Part shown: positions 21,021-31,511 of the stretch, in pieces
Layout of the letters: every line of letters starts with the position of its first letter
Numbering within the stretch: position 1 is the first letter of the stretch
NCBI GenBank assembly: GCA_002747825.1
Contig: PDQQ01000010.1
Location: 32,461-96,460, forward strand
Reading direction: 5' to 3'
Source: Deltaproteobacteria bacterium
GTDB taxonomy: Bacteria > Desulfobacterota > Desulfobulbia > Desulfobulbales > Desulfocapsaceae
Length of the DNA stretch: 64,000 nt
Program-made: the position numbers and the translations under genes
Notes under the pieces: model-generated
What the model saw: the letters and a program-made list of their open reading frames with translations, nothing else
Databases searched by the model: none
What the model was told of the DNA's origin: nothing

Positions 21021-21690
21021 CGACGAGCATATTGTCGTAGCCAACAAACCCGGAGGCCTGCTTGCGGTGCCAGGGCGAGGGCCCGACAAACAGGACTGTC
21101 TTACCAGACGGCTGCGGGCCCGTTTTCCGAAAATGATTGTCCAGCCAGCCGTTCACCGGCTGGATATGTGTACCTCGGGCCTTATGGTCTGCGCCATCGA
21201 CAAGGCCAGCCACAGAAATCTCTGCAGCCAGTTTATGCAGCGGCGGGTGAAGAAAAGATATCTGGCCGTCCTTGAAGGAACAACCACAGAAACCAAAGGT
21301 GAGATCAACCTAGCGCTGCGCCTGGATCCAGACAATCGCCCCCTGCAGGTGCATGACCCGATACAGGGGAAAGAAGGTATTACCCGCTGGCGTAAACTTG
21401 CCGAGAAAGCAGGCAGAACCCTGGTCGAATTTACCCCGATCACCGGGCGTACACATCAGCTGCGCCTGCATTCCGCCCATGCCCAAGGACTGGGAATGCC
21501 GATTGTCGGCGACAGTCTGTACGGCAGAGGCAAGGATGGTGAGCCGATGCTGCTGCACGCCTTTTCGATCTGTTTTGGCCATCCGTCAACCGGAAAACTG
21601 TGCCACTTTACCGTGCAGCCCCCTCACCATTGGAACACCATTCTTGGCGCCTGTCCTCTTCTTTTTCAGCCTGATACATCGGCCTTCTGA
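20986..21690 (+). CDS. RluA-family pseudouridine synthase
   Basis: NKPGGLLAVPG, HRLDMCTSG, TGRTHQLR, IVGDSLYG and LLHA. Confidence 0.92.
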   Translation: MQNVQELEIIYNDEHIVVANKPGGLLAVPGRGPDKQDCLTRRLRARFPKMIVQPAVHRLDMCTSGLMVCAIDKASHRNLCSQFMQRRVKKRYLAVLEGTTTETKGEINLALRLDPDNRPLQVHDPIQGKEGITRWRKLAEKAGRTLVEFTPITGRTHQLRLHSAHAQGLGMPIVGDSLYGRGKDGEPMLLHAFSICFGHPSTGKLCHFTVQPPHHWNTILGACPLLFQPDTSAF

Positions 21691-22907
21691 GGTGATAAAA
21701 ACCAGAGATCTCCAACCATCCACCGATCTTGCTCCTTACGGAGCCGCGTCGCCTGCCGCTCAACGATCCTCCAGCCGCTTTTGCCTGCACTCTCCTCGAT
21801 ATAGGCCCGGCTATGGGCAAACCTCCCCGACGGCTGCAAAAGATAGCGGGAGTCACCGCCGCCCCCCGTCTCTGTCGAAAAGCAGAGCAGGGCATCCCCG
21901 GTTGCCAGACCGGCGAGCAGCTGCAGGGTCCTGTCCAGCTCCCCGAGATAACAGAAGACATCGGCGGCCACAAAGAAATCAAAGTTATCAGAACCGGCAA
22001 GGCGGAGGAGATACTCCTCTATCACGCAGACCTCCACAGAGTCATAGATATTTTTGGCCCTGGCCTGCTCAACCATCGCCGAAGAGAGATCAACTGCCCG
22101 AAAATGCTGGACAATATCGGCAAAAGCGATACCGGAGAGACCGGTGCCACAACCGAGATCAAGACCACGCTGAAAAGACTTTTTCCAGCCGCATCCCTGG
22201 TCGAATATGCTGCGCAGCCTGGCGGGAACCTCATAGCCAAGTTCGCCAACCAGGCTGGCTTCATAACGCTCAGAGTAGTTATCAAAAACCTCCCGGACAT
22301 AGCTTGCAGGGGAGGATCGGGCTCCAACACCGGTCAGGGCCCGGAGCATATGGGCAGCCCCCTCTTTGTCTGGCTGCAGCTCGAGAACCTTCTGATAGGC
22401 ATTCACCGCCCTCTCCAACTCGCCTGTGACCTGATAGATATGGGCAAGATTATTCCAGGCGGAAAAATAGTCCGGATCAATGGAGAGGACCCTTTCCAAA
22501 AGAGATGCTGCCTCCGCATACTCTTTTTGTTCACGAAAGCAGCCGGACAGATTATACATGATATCAAGGCTCTCCGGCTCTCTTTCAAGGGCCAGTCGAT
22601 AGAGCCTGATCGCCTCATCCACATCCCCCTGACGCCGACAGCAGAGGGCAAGATTAAACAGGATGTCCGGGTCTTCAGGGGCAAGAGCTACGGCCCGCTG
22701 CAGGGCATCTCTTGCGCCGGTAAGATCTTCAATCTCAAAGAGCAGCAGACCAAGATTATACAAGAGAACAGCTGATTGTTGAAAATGCTTCAACAACTCT
22801 TCATAGCCCTTTTTCGCTGCCTGATAATCACCATTGGTATGGTCTTCACAGGCCTTGAAAAACAGGGTATTGAAGATCTCTGCATCTGATTGTTTTTTTT
22901 CTGTCAT
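21666..22907 (-). CDS. TPR-repeat protein with C-terminal class I SAM methyltransferase
   Basis: Several TPR units (YNLG, FNLA, NNLA), then YVREVFDNY, LDLGCGTG, AADVFCYLG and GRFAHS. Confidence 0.85.
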   Translation of the reverse strand: MTEKKQSDAEIFNTLFFKACEDHTNGDYQAAKKGYEELLKHFQQSAVLLYNLGLLLFEIEDLTGARDALQRAVALAPEDPDILFNLALCCRRQGDVDEAIRLYRLALEREPESLDIMYNLSGCFREQKEYAEAASLLERVLSIDPDYFSAWNNLAHIYQVTGELERAVNAYQKVLELQPDKEGAAHMLRALTGVGARSSPASYVREVFDNYSERYEASLVGELGYEVPARLRSIFDQGCGWKKSFQRGLDLGCGTGLSGIAFADIVQHFRAVDLSSAMVEQARAKNIYDSVEVCVIEEYLLRLAGSDNFDFFVAADVFCYLGELDRTLQLLAGLATGDALLCFSTETGGGGDSRYLLQPSGRFAHSRAYIEESAGKSGWRIVERQATRLRKEQDRWMVGDLWFLSPQKADVSG

Positions 22908-23104
22908 ATCAACCTGGCTGATTTGTTTGTTCGCAAAAGTTCAACCCTTGTAAACGCTCATACATTGGACACCTCGAAAAGGTTCCCCAAAAGAGACACT
23001 CCCTGCAGGGCTACTCGCTATTGCCAAAATGAATTTTTCATCAGGTAATAGACAAGAGCCTCAGAGCTTGGTAAAAGAGGGATCATTTACCATTTCACGA
23101 GACG

Positions 23105-24667
23105 ATGAACAAACTGCAGAATCCCGAAAATATTATAGACTTGGAATATTTTCTACACCAAGATCTACAAGAGCCGACAGAGAGGCTGCATGCCCGGGAT
23201 CGCCAGATAGCGATGCAGCTTGCCTCCAACTCACCGGAGAGTGAGCTGCCAGACGATTTCAGCCTGCTCGACGGCTGGCTGCAGGCCCGCCGCAGCCGGG
23301 AATTTAGCGACCCGGCTCTGAAAAGCCCCGGGGGCCTCTTTGCCGAGGCCAGGAAACTCACCACAACCCTGATCTGTTGTAAGGGCCTTCTTGTCGGACT
23401 TTTTGCCGGCTGGGCCTTTTTTGCCTATGCCGGAGTAACCCCAATTAATGTATTGCAATTCCTTCTTTTTTTTGTTGCAACCCAGATTTTTGTACTGTTT
23501 TTATTATTGCTGACATCCTGCTGGAAAATAGTGCAACGCGGCCGACTGCCCCAGGCGTATTTTCTCCTCTTTCGCCGTCTCGGAGGCTGGATATTCCGCT
23601 CTCTCAACAAGGCCTGGCTGCGGCAACTGGGGGAAGACAGGAGGCTGAGTCTACGCCATGCCTACGGGCTCATCAGCGGCACAAACAAAAGCTACGGTTC
23701 GCTCTTGTACTGGCCCTTTTTTTCCCTTCTACAACTTTTTGCGATAAGCTTCAACCTGGGCCTGCTCTCTGCGAGCATGATTAAAATCATTACCAGTGAT
23801 CTTGCCTTTGGCTGGCAGTCCACCGTGCAGTTTGGTGCAGACGCCATCTTTACAATGGTTCAATGGCTCTCTCTGCCCTGGAGCTGGCTTCTGCCGCCGG
23901 GCACAGCTGCCCCGACCTACAGCGAAATAGAAGGCAGCCGTATCATCCTCAAAGATGGCATTCTGCATCTGACCACCGATAATCTTGTCGCCTGGTGGCC
24001 TTTCCTTATCTGCTGTATACTCTGTTACGGTCTTCTGAGCCGCCTTGTTCTCTACGCGGTTGGCCGGATTATGGAGAAGATACGCCTGAAGGGCATCCGC
24101 TTCCAGACCCCGGCAGCAAGGGCGTTGCTGCGGCGAATGAAGACACCGCTGCTCTCAACCAGCGCCGAGGACGGACAGGAAGAAAACATCTCTCAAGCAA
24201 GCTTGCAGACCAGACAACCAGTGCCAAAAACCTTCACTGCTGAGAACCTGCACTGTACGGTTTTGATACCTGATGAGCTGTTCGCAGAGTGTCCACAAAC
24301 AGAACGCGCGGCACTTCTTGAGCAATTGGGCTACAGAGAAGAGAAAAGCCTGCCTTTTATGCGGGATTACGACGAGGATCAGCAACTTCTTCACAACCTG
24401 TCCAAACAACCGTGGGACAACCAACAGACCCTTTGTCTCATCATGGAAGGCTGGATGGTGCCGCTCATCTCCTTTGTTGTTTTCCTGGAAAACCTCAGAA
24501 AAAAAACCTCGCCGGAAACCATTATTGAGATCATCCTCACCGGCAGAAAAGGCGACCAGTTTTTCACGAAGGTAGAGCAGAAAGACTTGCAAATATGGCA
24601 GAAAAAGATTGGTGCCCTGGGCGACCCGTTCATTCATATAACTCCAGCAAAAGGCGTACTACAGTAA
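23105..24667 (+). CDS. DUF2868-like membrane protein
   Basis: Multiple TM helices; DLAFGWQST, WWPFL and YGLLSRL; precedes the GTPase. Confidence 0.65.
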   Translation: MNKLQNPENIIDLEYFLHQDLQEPTERLHARDRQIAMQLASNSPESELPDDFSLLDGWLQARRSREFSDPALKSPGGLFAEARKLTTTLICCKGLLVGLFAGWAFFAYAGVTPINVLQFLLFFVATQIFVLFLLLLTSCWKIVQRGRLPQAYFLLFRRLGGWIFRSLNKAWLRQLGEDRRLSLRHAYGLISGTNKSYGSLLYWPFFSLLQLFAISFNLGLLSASMIKIITSDLAFGWQSTVQFGADAIFTMVQWLSLPWSWLLPPGTAAPTYSEIEGSRIILKDGILHLTTDNLVAWWPFLICCILCYGLLSRLVLYAVGRIMEKIRLKGIRFQTPAARALLRRMKTPLLSTSAEDGQEENISQASLQTRQPVPKTFTAENLHCTVLIPDELFAECPQTERAALLEQLGYREEKSLPFMRDYDEDQQLLHNLSKQPWDNQQTLCLIMEGWMVPLISFVVFLENLRKKTSPETIIEIILTGRKGDQFFTKVEQKDLQIWQKKIGALGDPFIHITPAKGVLQ

Positions 24668-24671
24668 GACA

Positions 24672-26084
24672 ATGGTTCCAGAATTCGCGATACTTGGCCA
24701 CCCCAACGAGGGAAAATCTTCGGTCCTCTCCACCCTGGCTGAAGATGACTCTGTCCGGGTCAGCCCCACTCCCGGAGAGACCACCGCCTGCCAAAGCTTT
24801 CCTGTTCTTGTTGATGGCGTAGAGATGTTGCGTTTTACCGATACACCGGGGTTTCAGAACCCTGATCGGGTCCTCAGTGAATTGAAAAACCGTTTTCGCA
24901 ACAGCCTGGATCCCCTCAAAGACTTTCGCCTCTTCGCTGAAAAAATCCCCGAGCTTGCAGATGACCGGGAACTGCTTCTGCCTCTTGCCCGCGGTGCCGG
25001 AATTCTCTACATCGTAGACGGTTCCCGTCCGGTAAGAAACGTTGACAGGGCCGAGATGGAGATTCTTCGCCTCACCGGCAAGCCGAGAATGGCCATCATC
25101 AACAATAAAAGCAACGAGCACTCCTTTTTGTCGGAGTGGAAGCTTGCATTGAGAAAAAACTTTAACACCTACCGGCTGTTCAATGCACACCGGGCAACCT
25201 ATGCCGAACGGATTGACCTTCTGGAGGCCTTAAAGGCAATAGACCAGGATTGGCAGGACGTCCTTGATACGGTACTGACCACCTTCAAAAAAGACTGGCA
25301 GACCAGAAACAGCAACACCGCCGATATTATCATCGCTCTGTTACGCGAGGCAGCCACCCTGCAACTCACCGAAACGCTTGCTTCCGGGACCTCTCCCGAA
25401 AATGCCCGAGCCAGGCTGCTGCAACGCTACAACAAGAGTCTGCGCGACGAGGAAAAAAACAGCCATCAGGCCATAAAACAGTTCTTCAAGCACAATATCT
25501 TTGACTACCAGCTCCCGCCGCAATCCCTTGTCAATGAAGATCTGTTTGCTGAAAAGACCTGGCAGATACTGGGGCTGACCAAAAAACAGATTGTAATCGC
25601 CGGAGGTCTGGGCGGGGCGGTGCTTGGGGTCGGCCTGGAAGCCGCAACCTTTGGCCATAGCCTGGGCATTTTTACCGCCGTGGGAACCGCAGCGGGAGCT
25701 CTGGGGGCATGGGTAGGAGGCGAAAAGCTCTCAAACAGTATCGAGGTTCTTGGTCTGCCCCTGGGCGGCGAACAGCTGCGTATCGGCCCGACAAAATCGA
25801 TCAACCTGCTCTTTGTTCTGCTCAACCGCTCACTGCTGTTCTACCAGCACACCATCAACTGGGCCCACGGCAGGCGCGATTACGAAAATGTCGTTGAACC
25901 AGATGACGAATCTTCGGGCGGCATGGCCTTTACAAGCGACTGGCCGGCAGGCAAGATACAAATCTGCCAGGCCTTTTTTAAGGCGGCACAAAAAACAGGC
26001 GATATTGCCGGGCTCGAGAAAAAAGAACAGGCCCTGAAAAGGCTTCTTCTGCAAACCATGGACGAAATAGCGCAGATGTCCTGA
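24672..26084 (+). CDS. GTPase with DUF3482-like C-terminal domain
   Basis: GHPNEGKSS, PGETT and DTPGF; Gly-rich hydrophobic hairpin; WAHGRR. Confidence 0.75.
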   Translation: MVPEFAILGHPNEGKSSVLSTLAEDDSVRVSPTPGETTACQSFPVLVDGVEMLRFTDTPGFQNPDRVLSELKNRFRNSLDPLKDFRLFAEKIPELADDRELLLPLARGAGILYIVDGSRPVRNVDRAEMEILRLTGKPRMAIINNKSNEHSFLSEWKLALRKNFNTYRLFNAHRATYAERIDLLEALKAIDQDWQDVLDTVLTTFKKDWQTRNSNTADIIIALLREAATLQLTETLASGTSPENARARLLQRYNKSLRDEEKNSHQAIKQFFKHNIFDYQLPPQSLVNEDLFAEKTWQILGLTKKQIVIAGGLGGAVLGVGLEAATFGHSLGIFTAVGTAAGALGAWVGGEKLSNSIEVLGLPLGGEQLRIGPTKSINLLFVLLNRSLLFYQHTINWAHGRRDYENVVEPDDESSGGMAFTSDWPAGKIQICQAFFKAAQKTGDIAGLEKKEQALKRLLLQTMDEIAQMS

Positions 26085-26140
26085 AAGAGCTGCCATACCA
26101 CAGACCGTCTCACAGATGGGCCACTACGAAAGAAGAGGGA

Positions 26141-29100
26141 TTACAGCTGCAACAAGACCCTGGGCTTGTCGTTTTTCGCCTTTTCAATGACCGTTTCGGT
26201 AATCAGCAGCCTGCCCTGCTCAATCTGATAACGCGCCACCAAAAACTCCTGAACCGCCTTTGCACGCTGCTGGCCAAGTGCAACCAGGGCAGCCTGTGCA
26301 CCTTCTGCGACCTCGACATGACTACCCTCGACCTCGGCAAGAGTCTCTGGTGCCATCAGCTCCCAGGAGGTCACCACCGGGGTCAGCTGGATATCGATTC
26401 CCGGACGCTCCTGCATTATTTTCGCCACCTTCTGCAAATAGTCGCTGGAACTCTCCACAGGATCGGCTTCACCCGGTGGAAAAAAGACAGAAGGCAGACG
26501 CACCTGCATCAATTTTTCACCCACTTTCACACCGGCATAGGCAAGGGCGCCGTATGGCCCCAGGCTATACATCAAATACCCTGAAGCGGCAGGCACGATG
26601 CCCTTGCTCAGGGCTGTAATAATCACATCGGAGATACCCACCTTCAGCTTCCCAACATGCCCGGACAACGGGATATCAAGAGAGATGGTTCCCTCGCTAT
26701 CGCGCAGAAGAGACAGCGCCAGATCAATGGGGAGAGGCAGCTTGTTGTTCAACTCTTCTACCAGATCTGCGGCGATAGCTTTGGTTTCTATCTTTCGCAG
26801 AACCACCTTGTTTTGCATATCAATCTGATTCTCCGAAAGCTTCATCTTCGAATTCAAATGCAGCTGTCCGCTGGCAAGTGCCAACCCCACCGATTGTACC
26901 GTATAACTGGAGAGCGTGGTCAACGGATAATTTTTCAGTTCTGCACGCACATTCAGGTCAATGGGCTGTAGAAAAGGTGAAATATCCCCGGAGAGGGTAA
27001 AGGGTGATTCTTCGTCGATCATCGCCCGCAGCAGAAGCTGGCTTTTCTTTTCAGGGGCGCTTGAGTCAAGATCTTGCAGTACCATCTCTTCGACGACCAT
27101 TTTCGTCTTAAACGGCACGGCCAGGCTGCGGTCCTCAAAACGAACACTACTGCCTTTTTTCACCTCAAGCCTGCCCAGGTTGATCGGCAGAGTGTCGTCG
27201 CCTTGCTCTTTATCAGTTGCTTTTTCTGCTGGTTGTTCCTGATTTTCTTTATTTTTTTCGTCAGCAGAGGCCGCCAGCATTGCCTGCAGGCGTTTCTGGA
27301 CCTGCATCTGCCCATCTTTATCGCGAACGAGATCTGCGTGCAGCCCCTGAAGACGCAAGGTCTTTCCACGCAATCCAGACTGAGCTCCCCACTGCAGGGC
27401 AAAAAGCTCGGCTGCCTCCAGAGTCAGAACAGGCACACTCCCCTCCTCCTCTTCTGGTAAAAAGGAGACGTCTTCAACAGCAAGTGTATCAACGGCCAGA
27501 GAAAGATCCTCGTCCAGAGAAACCTTACTCACAGCAATCTCCTGGCAAGAAAAGAGGTCCTCATGCTGCTCCGAACGAACACGAGACTGGTGCAGTTGTA
27601 GCTCTTCCAAGGTAACGTTTTTATACTCCTTTACAAGACAACCACCGAAACGCATCTTTGGAATATCAACGACAAGAGGCACCACATTGAGTTGCATCTC
27701 AAGCCCATCGGAGACAACACCTTTCAGAGAAACCAGCCGCTCCTCACCGGCCAAAAGCTCATCGAAAACCAGAGAAGAGGCGTGGAGCTGTGGTTGGCTC
27801 TCTCCAGCATCTGCGCTCAAGGTTTTCAGGGCAAGGGAACCGCCGCCGAGAAAGGTGAGCTCTTCAGCCAGAAGAAGCTGGCTCTCCGGACGCAGTTGTA
27901 TTGTCACTTCTTCCACAGTAGCCTTTGAGCCGGCAAACTCCGAGTAGAGATCTTTACCATCAAATTCACCGTCGAGTTTGATCAAAGAACCGTCTGCGGG
28001 CTGTCCGTAGACAAATCTACCCGTATGCGAAAAACCGGAGGCACCAGCACTGAGACGTCCCTGTGCCAGGCCGAGGGTTAGTTCAGCCGAGGCAAGCTGC
28101 ATGTTTCCATCTGTTTCTACATGGTGGGCAATTGCAGAGTGTTGTGTTGCATAGGTCGAATTTCCCTGCCAAACCAGTTTTTCTTCGTTGATCATAAGAT
28201 CCGGCATCGACACAACAATATCTTCAATCTGCAGCTGTGCAGAACTCTGAACAAGCACCTCCTCACCAACGGTAACGCTGGTAGGTCCGTCAAGAAGAAA
28301 TTTCTCTTCGCTGGTTGAAAAGGAGATAGAAGGAACAGAAAGTGCGTAAGCTGTGGCCGAAAGAAGACTGTTTGTACTGATTTTTATATTGTTTTTTGCA
28401 TTAATCTCAACCGAAGCACTCCCCTTCCAGTTCAACGTTTCAGCCCCATTCACAAAGGTTTCCGAACCGATGTGCAGGCGATTGGCATCGATCACCCCAT
28501 CATAATATGCAGAAAAAACGGTCTCTCCCCCATCTCCGGTTGCAACCCGAAATTTTCCCCCCAGAGAGAACTCTCCGGCAAAGATGGGCAGGTATGGTTT
28601 GAGAAGACGCGTGAGTTCCTCAAGCTTGAAGTGGTCAACCTGGAGGCGGCCCTCCATCTGTAAAAATGGTGATACCGATAACTTCGTGAGATGAACGGCC
28701 AGAGACTCGCCGTCAAGCAGGCCTGTCAACTCGAGAGTGGCACTGCCATCCTCCGCCTTTGTCGAAAAACGCTTGAGCTGGACATCCTCAACCTTGAAGT
28801 GCATATCATTCATATAGGGGGCCTGCCAGTTGATATCGCAAGCATTGAGCCCGACGGATTCAGCAAGAAAAGCCCAGGAGGATGCCTGCCCATCGGACGT
28901 TCCCGTCCCGCTTTTTTCTCCAGAAGGGGGCAGTATATAGGAACCTACACGCAGACGTCCATCGTCGTAGTGTTGCAGATCAAGAAACAGCCCCTTACAA
29001 AAAACACTCTCAAGCTTCAACTGCTTGCCCAGCAAGGCGAGCAGACTGAGGTCAACCGAGAGATCTGCAACCTTCAGCATCGGTTTACCACCAGTCTCTA

Positions 29101-29377
29101 CCAGAACGCCCTCAACCCCCAGGCGTCCGTTAAAAGGATTAACATGAAGTTTTTCGATACGAGCTGTATCAGCGCCATTTTCTGTCAGCCACCTCTGCAA
29201 AAAGGTCTTTGCTCCATAGAGGGACAAGACGTAAAAAACAGGCATAGCGACAAGTAAAATCAAACATATCCACAGCAGACGTCGTTTCCTTGCAGGAGCG
29301 CCCTTTTTTCCTATATCATTTTTTTTCTTTTTCACTTTTTCGGTTTTTCGTTTTTTCTCTATTGGTAAAATCTCCAT
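26141..29377 (-). CDS. DUF748 / AsmA-like large periplasmic protein
   Basis: N-terminal TM anchor, HVNPF, beta-rich body, LALSLLRDSEGTISLDIPLSG, OmpA-like C-terminus. Confidence 0.7.
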   Translation of the reverse strand: MEILPIEKKRKTEKVKKKKNDIGKKGAPARKRRLLWICLILLVAMPVFYVLSLYGAKTFLQRWLTENGADTARIEKLHVNPFNGRLGVEGVLVETGGKPMLKVADLSVDLSLLALLGKQLKLESVFCKGLFLDLQHYDDGRLRVGSYILPPSGEKSGTGTSDGQASSWAFLAESVGLNACDINWQAPYMNDMHFKVEDVQLKRFSTKAEDGSATLELTGLLDGESLAVHLTKLSVSPFLQMEGRLQVDHFKLEELTRLLKPYLPIFAGEFSLGGKFRVATGDGGETVFSAYYDGVIDANRLHIGSETFVNGAETLNWKGSASVEINAKNNIKISTNSLLSATAYALSVPSISFSTSEEKFLLDGPTSVTVGEEVLVQSSAQLQIEDIVVSMPDLMINEEKLVWQGNSTYATQHSAIAHHVETDGNMQLASAELTLGLAQGRLSAGASGFSHTGRFVYGQPADGSLIKLDGEFDGKDLYSEFAGSKATVEEVTIQLRPESQLLLAEELTFLGGGSLALKTLSADAGESQPQLHASSLVFDELLAGEERLVSLKGVVSDGLEMQLNVVPLVVDIPKMRFGGCLVKEYKNVTLEELQLHQSRVRSEQHEDLFSCQEIAVSKVSLDEDLSLAVDTLAVEDVSFLPEEEEGSVPVLTLEAAELFALQWGAQSGLRGKTLRLQGLHADLVRDKDGQMQVQKRLQAMLAASADEKNKENQEQPAEKATDKEQGDDTLPINLGRLEVKKGSSVRFEDRSLAVPFKTKMVVEEMVLQDLDSSAPEKKSQLLLRAMIDEESPFTLSGDISPFLQPIDLNVRAELKNYPLTTLSSYTVQSVGLALASGQLHLNSKMKLSENQIDMQNKVVLRKIETKAIAADLVEELNNKLPLPIDLALSLLRDSEGTISLDIPLSGHVGKLKVGISDVIITALSKGIVPAASGYLMYSLGPYGALAYAGVKVGEKLMQVRLPSVFFPPGEADPVESSSDYLQKVAKIMQERPGIDIQLTPVVTSWELMAPETLAEVEGSHVEVAEGAQAALVALGQQRAKAVQEFLVARYQIEQGRLLITETVIEKAKNDKPRVLLQL

Positions 29378-29470
29378 ATAGTCTTAAAATATTTAAGCTT
29401 TTATATTCAAAACACAGTTTACCGCCTCAGATCAAACCTCATAACAAGATATACCATTTGCATGAAAAAT

Positions 29471-29522
29471 AAACTACCCGGCCGCAAGCGGCGGGGTATT
29501 AGCCCCATAGCTTCGCAATAAA
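29471..29522. repeat. REP-like palindromic element, copy 1
   Basis: aaactacccggccgcaagcggcggggtattagccccatagcttcgcaataaa; near-identical to 42361-42403. Confidence 0.8.
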
Positions 29523-29895
29523 CTTTCCCTCCTCAAAGGACCCGAGGTTCTTTCAAGAAAGATTATTCAATAGTACACTCTGATAGCTGCAAAGCCATCA
29601 TAAAAGAAATAACTCATAAAAAAGCAACCACACAACACGTAGGGCTGGATACCCTAAAAAATAAGTTAAGGGCTTATTTGAAAGAAGTTTTTTTAAAGTC
29701 CGAGATATAAGGGCTCTGTCAGCTCAGCGGTGAAAAAAAAAAGAATATTGCAGCACATCAGAATTCCATCATTCGTTTCTTCCAAAAACGATACTACAAT
29801 ATCACTTTTATTCAGCAAGACCAGACAACGCAATTTGTAAAGAGGTGGAAACTGACCAATGGTTTTAACAGTCTAAAAAAAGAAAAAAAAGATAA

Positions 29896-29923
29896 AATAC
29901 CCCGACACTGGCGGCGGGGTATT
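29896..29923. repeat. REP-like palindromic element, degenerate copy 2
   Basis: aataccccgacactggcggcggggtatt, just past the NhaC stop codon. Confidence 0.6.
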
Positions 29924-29945
29924 AAGCTCAGGCACCTGTAATAAC

Positions 29946-31511
29946 TCACTCTTTTTCTGTTCTCCCCCTTTCTATTTTTAGTAAATCTTGTGAATCAAAA
30001 CGAATGAGAGTGTCTTTACCTTTTATCGTTTTGTAAATTCCCAATCCCAGTAAAGTAATTAGTATCGATACTATTGGACACAAGTAGTTGAAAAAGGCAT
30101 AGGGCAGATAACTCAATACCGGGACTCCCAATACCCCAGATTGATACGCACCACAAGTATTCCAAGGAATTAAAACAGAAGTAATCGTTGCAGAGTCCTC
30201 GATAGAACGAGATAGCATTCTCGGTGCAATCCTATTCTCATCATAAGCCGGTTTATACATTCTTCCCGGGAGGATAATCGCCATATATTGATCTGCCATA
30301 AAAACGTTAGCAAAAAAACCCGACGTAATAGTTGCAACGACCACGCCTTTTGCCGACTCAATTTTTCTCACAATTGTTTTGAGAACGACTTTAAGAATCC
30401 CCACGGTCTCAAGAATTCCTCCAAGCGCCAAGGCCAATATAGTAAGCGATAAGGTCCAATACATACTTTCAATCCCACCTCTTTCCAACAAAGAGCTAAG
30501 AGATTTCGAGATTTCAACCGTAGAGTCAATCGATACATTGACAATCCCATTTTCTGCTAATAATGCACCAAGTGCTTGAGGATCTGATGCTGAAATTATA
30601 CTTGCAGTGAGTGTTGGTTTATAACCGGAATGAACAGACTTAACTATTTCCATCAAATCAACACCTTGAAAAAAACCAATGAGAACCGCAACAAAACCAC
30701 CAAGAATAATGCTCGGCAACGCGGGTATTTTACGATATGCAGCTATGGCTACAACCAAAGGAGGGACAATACACAACGGCGAGATATTGAACTCTGCCGA
30801 CAACAACTGTCTCATTCCTTCTATCTGTGATGAATCAATGTATCCACCCGAGTACTTCATTCCTATCAAAACAGTTATCCCAATAACTATTATATATGTG
30901 GGAACCGTACTCCATAACATGGCTCTGATATGATCAAATAGATTGGCTCCGGCAATTGCAGGGGCAAGATTTGTTGTTTCTGAAAGTGGCGACATTTTAT
31001 CACCAAAATATGCTCCTGATATTATGACACCAGCAGCAATTGGAGCCGGAATATTGAGTCCTAAGGCAACCCCCATTAAAGCAACTCCTATTGTTCCTGT
31101 TGTCGACCAAGAGCTACCTGTCGCCAATGAAACTATTGAAGAGATAAGAAGAGCGGCAGTTAAAAACATTGACGGAGACAGAAGCGGCAAGCCATAATAG
31201 ACTAAGCCGGGGACAATTCCTGTAGTAATCCACACACCGATAAGTGCTCCAATTATCAAAAGGATGAGGAGAGAAATGAGTGCATCGGCTATTGATGAAC
31301 GTATACCTTTCTCAATAGCAGACCATGGACACTTCAAAACAAAGTAGCCTACCAGAGCAGTAAAAATTGCTCCAAACATTATCGGAAGCTGTGCAGATAA
31401 TTCTAGTATGACAACTGAATAGACAATAACAAAAGCCACAACAAGTAAAACGCTGACAGCTAACCCAAGCCCCGGTTCCCGAACCAATTTACTTTCTTGC
31501 TTATCATTCAT
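29946..31511 (-). CDS. nhaC: NhaC-family antiporter / amino-acid transporter
   Basis: ATGSSWSTTGTIG, GAYFGDKMSPLSETTNLA and LIPWNTCG. Confidence 0.85.
   Translation of the reverse strand: MNDKQESKLVREPGLGLAVSVLLVVAFVIVYSVVILELSAQLPIMFGAIFTALVGYFVLKCPWSAIEKGIRSSIADALISLLILLIIGALIGVWITTGIVPGLVYYGLPLLSPSMFLTAALLISSIVSLATGSSWSTTGTIGVALMGVALGLNIPAPIAAGVIISGAYFGDKMSPLSETTNLAPAIAGANLFDHIRAMLWSTVPTYIIVIGITVLIGMKYSGGYIDSSQIEGMRQLLSAEFNISPLCIVPPLVVAIAAYRKIPALPSIILGGFVAVLIGFFQGVDLMEIVKSVHSGYKPTLTASIISASDPQALGALLAENGIVNVSIDSTVEISKSLSSLLERGGIESMYWTLSLTILALALGGILETVGILKVVLKTIVRKIESAKGVVVATITSGFFANVFMADQYMAIILPGRMYKPAYDENRIAPRMLSRSIEDSATITSVLIPWNTCGAYQSGVLGVPVLSYLPYAFFNYLCPIVSILITLLGLGIYKTIKGKDTLIRFDSQDLLKIERGRTEKE

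Noticed and set aside
2825-28716. Long antisense or overlapping ORFs (e.g. 2825-3604, 8819-9583, 11227-12144, 18768-19718, 21353-22775)
   Set aside because: They are shadows of well-supported genes on the opposite strand with no recognisable motifs
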